Shown piece after piece: positions 1 through 10,260 of a stretch of 64,000 nt of DNA. The notes below the pieces were generated by a model. The model saw nothing but the letters and a program-made list of their open reading frames with translations. It did not search any database and was not told where the DNA came from. The DNA is from Paragordius varius. Its lineage: Eukaryota > Animalia > Nematomorpha. The translations under genes and the position numbers were made by a program. Location: assembly GCA_964247055.1 (NCBI GenBank), contig OZ176054.1, positions 744,001-808,000 of the forward strand, read 5' to 3'. Each line of letters opens with the position of its first letter. The stretch's first letter is position 1.

Positions 1-544
1 AAAATCGGATATGAAAGAGTTTGTCAAACTATCTCTATATTTTGATGTAGTCTTACTAAGAGAATGTATAAAAAATTATTTTGTTCACCGGTGACCAATA
101 TCCGATTTTTAAGGACAAAGTTTAACTTGAGTATTGATGCGACTAGTTTAATACATTAATTTTTAAAGTATCGCTGTAAAAATAGGATATGAAATAGTTT
201 GTCAAACTATCTCTATATTTTGATGTAGTCTTACTAAGAGAATGTATAAAAAATTATTTTGTTCACCGGTGACCAATATCCGAATTTTAAGGACAAAGTT
301 TAACTTGAGTATTGATGCGACTGGTTTAATACCATAATTTTTAAAGTATCGTTGTAAAAATCGGATATGAAAGAGTTTGTCAAACTATCTCTATATTTTG
401 AAGTAGTCTTACTAAGAGAATGTATAAAAAATAATAATTTTTCACCGGTGACCAATATCCGATTTTTAAGGACAAAGTTTAACTTGAGTATTTGCGACTT
501 ATAGATACGACTAGTTTTATACATTAATTTATAAAGTATCGTTG

Positions 545-3500
545 TAAAAATCGGATATGAAAGAGTTTGTCAAACTATCTCTATATTTTGATGTAGTCTT
601 ACTAAGAGAATGTATAAAAAATTATTTTGTTCACCGGTGACCAATATCCGATTTTTAAGGACAAAGTTTAACTTGAGTATTGATGCGACTAGTTTAATAC
701 ATTAATTTTTAAAGTATCGCTGTAAAAATAGGATATGAAATAGTTTGTCAAACTATCTCTATATTTTGATGTAGTCTTACTAAGAGAATGTATAAAAAAT
801 TATTTTGTTCACCGGTGACCAATATCCGATTTTTAAGGACAAAGTTTAACTTGAGTATTGATGCGACTAGTTTTATACATTAATTTTTAAAGTATCGTTG
901 TAAAAATCGGATATGAAAGAGTTTGTCAAACTATCTCTATATTTTGATGTAGTCTTACTAAGAGAATGTATAAAAAATAATTTTGTTCACCGGTGACCAA
1001 TATCCGATTTTTAAGGACAAAGTTAAACTTGAGTATTGATGCGACTGGTTTAATACCATAATTTTTAAAGTATCGTTGTAAAAATTGGATATGAAAGAGT
1101 TTGTCAAACTTTCTCTATATTTTGAAGTAGTCTTACTAAGAGAATGTATAAAAAATTATTTTGTTCACCGGTGACCAATATCCGATTTTTAAGGACAAAG
1201 TTTAACTTGAGTATTTGCGACTTATAGATACGACTAGTTTTATACATTAATTTATAAAGTATCGTTGTAAAAATCGGATATGAAAGAGTTTGTCAAACTA
1301 TCTCTATATTTTGATGTAGTCTTGCTAAGAGAATGTATAAAAAACTATTTTGTTCACCGGTGACCAATATCCGATTTTTAAGGACAATGTTTAACTTGAG
1401 GATTGATGCGACTAGTTTAATACATTAATTTTTAAAGTATCGTTGTAAAAATCGGATATGAAAGAGTTTGTCAAACTATCTCTATATTTTGATGTAGTCT
1501 TACTAAGAGAATGTATAAAAAATTATTTTGTTCACCGGTGACCAATATCCGATTTTTAAGGACAAAGTTTAACTTGAGTATTGATGCGACTAGTTTAATA
1601 CATTAATTTATAAAGTATCGTTGTAAAAATCGGATATGAAAGAGTTTGTCAAACTATCTCTATATTTTGATGTAGTCTTGCTAAGAGAATGTATAAAAAA
1701 CTTTTTTCTTCACCGGTGACCAATATCCGATTTTTAAGGACAAAGTTTAACTTGAGTATTGATGCGACTAGTTTAATACATTAATTTTTAAAGTATCGTT
1801 GTAAAAATCGGATATGAAACAGTTTGTCAAACTATCTCTATATTTTGATGTAGTCTTACTAAGAGAATGTATAAAAAATTATTTTGTTCACCGGTGACCA
1901 ATATCCGATTTTTAAGGACAAAGTTTAACTTGAGTATTGATGCGACTAGTTTAATACATTAATTTTTAACGTATCGTTGTAAAAATCGGATATGAAAGAG
2001 TTTGTCAAACTATCTCTATATTTTGATGTAGTCTTACTAAGAGAATGTATAAAAAATAATTTTGTTCACCGGTGACCAATATCCGATTTTTAAGGACAAA
2101 GTTTAACTTGAGTATTGATGCGACTAGTTTAATACATTAATTTTTAAAGTATCGTTGTAAAAATCGGATATGAAAGAGTTTGTCAAACTATCTCTATATT
2201 TTGTAGTCTTACTAAGAGAATGTATAAAAAATTATTTTGTTCACCGGTGACCAATATCCGATTTTTAAGGACAAAGTTTAACTTGAGTATTGATGCGACT
2301 AGTTTAATACATTAATTTTTAAAGTATCGCTGTAAAAATAGGATATGAAATAGTTTGTCAAACTATCTCTATATTTTGATGTAGTCTTACTAAGAGAATG
2401 TATAAAAAATTATTTTGTTCACCGGTGACCAATATCCGATTTTTAAGTACAAAGTTTAACTTGAGTATTGATGCGACTAGTTTTATACATTAATTTTTAA
2501 AGTATCGTTGTAAAAATCGGATATGAAAGAGTTTGTCAAACTATCTCTATATTTTGATGTAGTCTTACTAAGAGAATGTATAAAAAATAATTTTGTTCAC
2601 CGGTGACCAATATCCGATTTTTAAGGACAAAGTTAAACTTGAGTATTGATGCGACTAGTTTAATACCATAATTTTTAAAGTATCGTTGTAAAAATTGGAT
2701 ATGAAAGAGTTTGTCAAACTATCTCTATATTTTGAAGTAGTCTTACTAAGAGAATTTATAAAAAATTATTTTGTTCACCCGTGACCAATATCCGATTTTT
2801 AAGGACAAAGTTTAACTTGAGTATTTGCGACTTATAGATACGACTAGTTTTATACATTAATTTATAAAGTATCGTTGTAAAAATCGGATATGAAAGAGTT
2901 TGTCAAACTATCTCTATATTTTGATGTAGTCTTGCTAAGAGAATGTATAAAAAACTATTTTGTTCACCGGTGACCAATATCCGATTTTTAAGGACAAAGT
3001 TTAACTTGAGTATTGATGCGACTAGTTTAATACATTAATTTTTAAAGTATCGTTGTAAAAATCGGATATGAAAGAGTTTGTCAAACTATCTCTATATTTT
3101 GATGTAGTCTTACTAAGAGAATGTATAAAAAATTATTTTGTTCACCGGTGACCAATATCCGATTTTTAAGGACAAAGTTTAACTTGAGTATTGATGCGAC
3201 TAGTTTAATACATTAATTTATAAAGTATCGTTGTAAAAATCGGATATGAAAGAGTTTGTCAAACTATCTCTATATTTTGATGTAGTCTTGCTAAGAGAAT
3301 GTATAAAAAACTATTTTGTTCACCGGTGACCAATATCCGATTTTTAAGGACAAAGTTTAACTTGAGTATTGATGCGACTAGTTTAACACATTAATTTTTA
3401 AAGTATCGTTGTAAAAATCGGATATGAAAGAGTTTGTCAAACTATCTCTATATTTTGATGTAGTCTTACTAAGAGAATGTATAAAAAATTATTTTGTTCA

Positions 3501-3760
3501 CCGGTGACCAATATCCGATTTTTAAGGACAAAGTTTAACTTGAGTATTGATGCGACTAGTTTAATACATTAATTTTTAACGTATCGTTGTAAAAATCGGA
3601 TATGAAAGAGTTTGTCAAACTATCTCTATATTTTGATGTAGTCTTACTAAGAGAATGTATAAAAAATAATTTTGTTCACCGGTGACCAATATCCGATTTT
3701 TAAGGACAAAGTTTAACTTGAGTATTGATGCGACTAGTTTAACACATTAATTTTTAAAGT
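545..3760 (+). repeat. 9-monomer (1,610-bp) tandem duplication
   Basis: Variants repeat at a constant 1,610-bp offset: TTTTAACGTATCG at 1,970/3,580, long monomer at 1,213/2,823, AAAATAGGAT near 725/2,335, AAAATTGGAT near 1,081/2,691. Boundaries are approximate. Confidence 0.85.
901..1013. repeat. Intra-monomer 14-bp inverted repeat TAAAAATCGGATAT / ATATCCGATTTTTA (example copy; present in most monomers)
   Basis: Arm 1 at 901-914 and arm 2 at 1,000-1,013 are exact reverse complements. Confidence 0.95.
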
Positions 3761-4029
3761 ATCGTTCTAAAAATCGGATATGAAAAAGTTTGTCAAACTA
3801 TCTCTATATTTTGATGTAGTCTTACTAAGAGAATGTATAAAAAATAATTTTGTTCACCGGTGACCAATATCCGATTTTTAAGGACAAAGTTTAACTTGAG
3901 TATTGATGCGACTGGTTTAATACCATAATTTTTAAAGTATCGTTGTAAAAATCGGATATGAAAGAGTTTGTCAAACTATCTCTATATTTTGATGTAGTCT
4001 TACTAAGAGAATGTATAAAAAATTATTTT

Positions 4030-6000
4030 GTTCACCGGTGAACAATATCCGATTTTTAAGGACAAAGTTTATCTTGAGTATTTGCGACTTATTGATACGA
4101 CTAGTTTTATACATTAATTTATAAAGTATCGTTGTAAAAATCGGATATGAAAGAGTTTGTCAAACTATCTCATATTTTGATGTAGTCTTGCTAAGAGAAT
4201 GTATAAAAAATAATTTTGTTCACCGGTGACCAATATCCGATTTTTAAGGACAAAGTTTAACTTGAGTATTGATGCGACTAGTTTAATACATTAATTTTTA
4301 AAATATCGTTGTAAAAATCGGATATAAAAGAGTTTGTCAAACTATCTCTATATTTTGATGTAGTGAGAATGTATAAAAAATTATTTTGTTCACCGGTGAC
4401 CAATATCCGATTTTTAAGGACAAAGTTTAACTTGAGTATTGATGCGACTGGTTTAATACCATAATTGTTAAAGTATCGTTGTAAAAATCGGATATGAGAG
4501 GTTTGTCAAACTATCTCTATATATTGATGTAGTCTTACTAAGAGAATGTATAAAAAATTATTTTGTTCACCGGTGACCAATATCCGATTTTTAAGGACAA
4601 AGTTTAACTTGAGTATTTGCGACTTATAGATACGACTAGTTTTATACATTAATTTATAAAGTATCGTTGTAAAAATCGGATATGAAAGAGTTTGTCAAAC
4701 AATCTCTATATTTTGATGTAGTCTTACTAAGAGAATGTATAAAAAAATATTTTGTTCACCGGTGACCAATATCCGATTTTTAAGGACAAAGTTTAACTTG
4801 AGTATTGATGCGACTAGTTTTAATTAATTTTTAAAGTATCGTTGTAAAAATCGGATATGAAAGAGTTTGTCAAACTATCTCTATATTTTGATGTAGTCTT
4901 ACTAAGAGAATGTATAAAAAATAATTTTGTTCACCGGTGGCCAATATCCGATTTTTAAGGACAAAGTTTAACTTGAGTATTGATGCGACTAGTTTTAATT
5001 AATTTTTAAAGTATCGTTGTAAAAATCGGATATGAAAGAGTTTGTCAAACTATCTCTATATTTTGATGTAGTCTTACTAAGAGAATGTATAAAAAATTAT
5101 TTTGTTCACCGGTGAACAATATCCGATTTTTAAGGACAAAGTTTATCTTGAGTATTTGCGACTTATTGATACGACTAGTTTTATACATTAATTTATAAAG
5201 TATCGTTGTAAAAATCGGATATGAAAGAGTTTGTCAAACTATCTCATATTTTGATGTAGTCTTGCTAAGAGAATGTATAAAAAATAATTTTGTTCACCGG
5301 TGACCAATATCCGATTTTTAAGGACAAAGTTAAACTTGAGTATTGATGCGACTAGTTTAATACATTAATTTTTAAAATATCGTTGTAAAAATCGGATATA
5401 AAAGAGTTTGTCAAACTATCTCTATATTTTGATGTAGTGAGAATGTATAAAAAATTATTTTGTTCACCGGTGACCAATATCCGATTTTTAAGGACAAAGT
5501 TTAACTTGAGTATTGATGCGACTGGTTTAATACCATAATTGTTAAAGTATCGTTGTAAAAATCGGATATGAGAGGTTTGTCAAACTATCTCTATATATTG
5601 ATGTAGTCTTACTAAGAGAATGTATAAAAAATTATTTTGTTCACCGGTGACCAATATCCGATTTTTAAGGACAAAGTTTAACTTGAGTATTTGCGACTTA
5701 TAGATACGACTAGTTTTATACATTAATTTATAAAGTATCGTTGTAAAAATCGGATATGAAAGAGTTTGTCAAACTATCTCTATATTTTGATGTAGTCTTA
5801 CTAAGAGAATGTATAAAAAAATATTTTGTTCACCGGTGACCAATATCCGATTTGTAAGGACAAAGTTTAACTTGAGTATTGATGCGACTAGTTTAATACA
5901 TTAATTTTTAAAGTATCGCTGTAAAAATCGGATATGAAAGAGTTTGTCAAACTATCTCTATATTTTGATGTAGTCTTACTAAGAGAATGTATAAAAAAAT
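4030..6000 (+). repeat. 6-monomer (1,074-bp) tandem duplication, with a partial third copy near 6.9-7.3 kb
   Basis: The 8-bp deletion GATGTAGT^GAGAATG occurs at 4,364, 5,438 and 7,204. TTTGCGACTTATTGATACG occurs at 4,081 and 5,155. Confidence 0.85.
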
Positions 6001-9000
6001 ATTTTGTTCACCGGTGACCAACTTGAGTATTGATGCGACTAGTTTTAATTAATTTTTAAAGTATCGTTGTAAAAATCGGATATGAAAGAGTTTGTCAAAC
6101 TATCTCTATATTTTGATGTAGTCTTACTAAGAGAATGTATAAAAAATAATTTTGTTCACCGGTGACCAATATCCGATTTTTAAGGACAAAGTTAAACTTG
6201 AGTATTGATGCGACTGGTTTAATACCATAATTTTTAAAGTATCGTTGTAAAAATTGGATATGAAAGAGTTTGTCAAACTATCTCTATATTTTGATGTAGT
6301 CTTACTAAGAGAATGTATAAAAAATTATTTTGTTCACCGGTGACCAATATCCGATTTTTAAGGACAAAGTTTAACTTGAGTATTTGCGACTTATAGATAC
6401 GACTAGTTTTATACATTAATTTATAAAGTATCGTTGTAAAAATCGGATATGAAAGAGTTTGTCAAACTATCTCTATATTTTGATGTAGTCTTACTAAGAG
6501 AATGTATAAAAAATTATTTTGTTCACCGGTGACCAATATCCGATTTTTAAGGACAAAGTTTAACTTGAGTATTGATGCGACTAGTTGCATTAATTTTGAA
6601 AGTATCGCTGTAAAAATCGGATATGAAAGAGTTTGTCAAACTATCTCTATATTTTGATGTAGTCTTACTAAGAGAATGTATAAAAAATTATTTTGTTCAC
6701 CGGTGACCAATATCCGATTTTTAAGGACAAAGTTTAACTTGAGTATTGATGCGACTAGTTTAATACATTATTTTAAGTATCGTTGTAAAAATCGGATATG
6801 AAAGAGTTTGTCAAACTATCTCTATATTTTGATGTAGTCTTACTAAGAGAATGTATAAAAAATTATTTTGTTCACCGGTGACCAATATCCGATTTTTAAG
6901 GACAAAGTTTATCTTGAGTATTTGCGACTTATTGATACGACTAGTTTTATACATTAATTTATAAAGTATCGTTGTAAAAATCGGATATGAAAGAGTTTGT
7001 CAAACTATCTCATATTTTGATGTAGTCTTGCTAAGAGAATGTATAAAAAATAATTTTGTTCACCGGTGACCAATATCCGATTTTTAAGGACAAAGTTTAA
7101 CTTGAGTATTGATGCGACTAGTTTAATACATTAATTTTTAAAGTATCGTTGTAAAAATCGGATATAAAAGAGTTTGTCAAACTATCTCTATATTTTGATG
7201 TAGTGAGAATGTATAAAAAATTATTTTGTTCACCGGTGACCAATATCCGATTTTTAAGGACAAAGTTTAACTTGAGTATTGATGCGACTGGTTTAATACC
7301 ATAATTGTTAAAGTATCGTTGTAAAAATCGGATATGAAAGAGTTTGTCAAACTATCTCTATATTTTGATGTAGTCTTACTAAGAGAATGTATAAAAAATT
7401 ATTTTGTTCACCGGTGACCAATATCCGATTTTTAAGGACAAAGTTTAACTTGAGTATTTGCGACTTATAGATACGACTAGTTTTATACATTAATTTATAA
7501 AGTATCGTTGTAAAAATCGGATATGAAAGAGTTTGTCAAACTATCTCTATATTTTGATGTAGTCTTACTAAGAGAATGTATAAAAAATTATTTTGTTCAC
7601 CGGTGACCAATATCCGATTTTTAAGGACAAAGTTTAACTTGAGTATTTGCGACTTATAGATACGACTAGTTTTATACATTAATTTATAAAGTATCGTTGT
7701 AAAAATCGGATATGAAAGAGTTTGTCAAACTATCTCTATATTTTGATGTAGTCTTACTAAGAGAATGTATAAAAAATTATTTGGTTCACCGGTGACCAAT
7801 ATCCGATTTTTAAGGACAAAGTTTAACTTGAGTATTGATGCGACTGGTTTAATACCATAATTGTTAAAGTATCGTTGTAAAAATCGGATATGAAAGAGTT
7901 TGTCAAACTATCTCTATATTTTGATGTAGTCTTACTAAGAGAATGTATAAAAAATTATTTTGTTCACCGGTGACCAATATCCGATTTTTAAGGACAAAGT
8001 TTAACTTGAGTATTTGCGACTTATAGATGCGACTAGTTTTATACATTAATTTATAAAGTATCGTTGTAAAAATCGGATATGAAAGAGTTTGTCAAACTAT
8101 CTCTATATTTTGATGTAGTCTTACTAAGAGAATGTATAAAAAATTATTTTGTTCACCGGTGACCAATATCCGATTTTTAAGGACAAAGTTTAACTTGAGT
8201 ATTGATGCGACTAGTTTAATACATTAATTTTTAAAGTATCGCTGTAAAAATAGGATATGAAATAGTTTGTCAAACTATCTCTATATTTTGATGTAGTCTT
8301 ACTAAGAGAATGTATAAAAAATAATTTTGTTCACCGGTGACCAATATCCGATTTTTAAGGACAAAGTTAAACTTGAGTATTGATGCGACTGGTTTAATAC
8401 CATAATTTTTAAAGTATCGTTGTAAAAATCGGATATGAAAGAGTTTGTCAAACTATCTCTATATTTTGATGTAGTCTTACTAAGAAAATGTATAAATATA
8501 ATTTTGTTCACCGGTGACCAATATCCGATTTTTAAGGACAAAGTTTAACTAGAGTATTGATGCGACTAGTTTAACACATTAATCTTAAAGTATCGTTGTA
8601 AAAATCGGATATGAAAGAGTTTGTCAAACTATCTCTATATTTTGATGTAGTCTTACTAAGAGAATGTATAAAAAATAATTTTGTTCACCGGTGACCAATA
8701 TTCGATTTTTAAGGACAAAGTTTAACTTGAGTATTGATGCGACTAGTTTTATACATTAATTTTTAAAGTATCGTTGTAAAAATCGGATATGAAAGAGTTG
8801 GCCAAACTATCTCTATATTTTGATGTAGTCCTACTAAGAGAATGTATAAAAAATAATTTTGTTCACCGGTGACCAATATCCGATTTTTAAGGACAAAGTT
8901 TAACTTGAGTATTGATGCGATTTATTGATACGACTAGTTTTATACATTAATTTTTAAAGTATCGTTGTAAAAATCGGATATGAAAGAGTTTGTCAAACTA

Positions 9001-9149
9001 TCTCTATATTTTGATGTAGTCTTGCTAAGAGAATGTATAAAAAATAATTTTGTTCACCGGTGACCAATATCCGATTTTTAAGGACAAAGTTTAACTTGAG
9101 TATTGATGCGACTAGTTTAATACATTAATTTTTAAAGTATCGTTGTAAA

Positions 9150-10260
9150 AATCGGATATGAAAGAGTTGGCCAAACTATCTCTATATTTTGATGTAGTCC
9201 TACTAAGAGAATGTATAAAAAATAATTTTGTTCACCGGTGACAAATATCCGATTTTTAAGGACAAAGTTTAACTTGAGTATTGATGCGATTTATTGATAC
9301 GACTAGTTTTATACATTAATTTTTAAAGTATCGTTGTAAAAATCGGATATTAAAGAGTTTGTCAAACTATTTCTACATTTTGATGTAGTCTTGCTAAGAG
9401 AATATATAAAAAATAATTTTGTTCACCGGTGACCAATATCCGATTTTTAAGGACAAAGTTTAACTTGAGTATTGATGCGATTTATTGATACGACTAGTTT
9501 TATACATTTTTTAAAGTATCGTTGTAAAAATCGGATATGAAAGAGTTTGTCAAACTATCTCTATATTTTGATGTAGTCTTGCTAAGAGAATGTATAAAAA
9601 ATAATTTTGTTCACCGGTGACCAATATCCGATTTTTAAGGACAAAGTTTAACTTGAGTATTGATGCGACTAGTTTAATACATTAATTTTTAAAGTATCGT
9701 TGTAAAAATCGGATATGAAAGAGTTGGCCAAACTATCTCTATATTTTGATGTAGTCCTACTAAGAGAATGTATAAAAAATAATTTTGTTCACCGGTGACA
9801 AATATCCGATTTTTAAGGACAAAGTTTAACTTGAGTATTGATGCGATTTATTGATACGACTAGTTTTATACATTAATTTTTAAAGTATCGTTGTAAAAAT
9901 CGGATATTAAAGAGTTTGTCAAACTATTTCTACATTTTGATGTAGTCTTGCTAAGAGAATATATAAAAAATAATTTTGTTCACCGGTGACCAATATCCGA
10001 TTTTTAAGGACAAAGTTTAACTTGAGTATTGATGCGATTTATTGATACGACTAGTTTTATACATTTTTTAAAGTATCGTTGTAAAAATCGGATATGAAAG
10101 AGTTTGTCAAACTATCTCTATATTTTGATGTAGTCTTGCTAAGAGAATGTATAAAAAATAATTTTGTTCACCGGTGACCAATATCCGATTTTTAAGGACA
10201 AAGTTTAACTTGAGTATTGATGCGACTAGTTTAATACATTAATTTTTAAAGTATCGTTGT
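9150..10260 (+). repeat. 3-monomer (557-bp) tandem duplication
   Basis: GAGTTGGCCAAACT has its GG at 9,169 and 9,726. GGTGACAAAT and CTATTTCTACATTT variants repeat at the same offset. Confidence 0.75.

Noticed and set aside
1-178. Identity with Arabidopsis CEN178/CEN180 or primate alpha satellite
   Set aside because: Only the length is similar. The sequence does not resemble those consensuses as I recall them, has no AAGCTT site, and has no TTCG-N4-A-N2-CGGG CENP-B box.
1-178. 10-bp phased A/T tracts causing DNA curvature
   Set aside because: Tract centres (about 2, 15, 21, 27, 42, 73, 81, 108, 118, 122, 148, 162, 166) show no consistent helical phasing by eye; a Fourier or curvature calculation would be needed.
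300-524. 74-aa ORF on the minus strand
   Set aside because: Chance translation of the satellite. It shares SKTTSKYRDSLTNSFISDFYNDTLKI with the other ORFs only because all read the same monomer. It is opened by local indels or SNPs and has no recognisable domain.
901-1013. Assignment as a Tc1/mariner or Stowaway MITE with a TA target-site duplication
   Set aside because: The terminal TA is self-complementary and cannot be separated from the inverted repeat. The ends do not match known CAGT or CTCCCTCC termini, and no dispersed copy is visible here. Kept only as an open hypothesis.
8302-8541. 79-aa ORF on the minus strand
   Set aside because: Same monomer-derived peptide; the 178-bp period shifts frame at every unit. 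No coding evidence.
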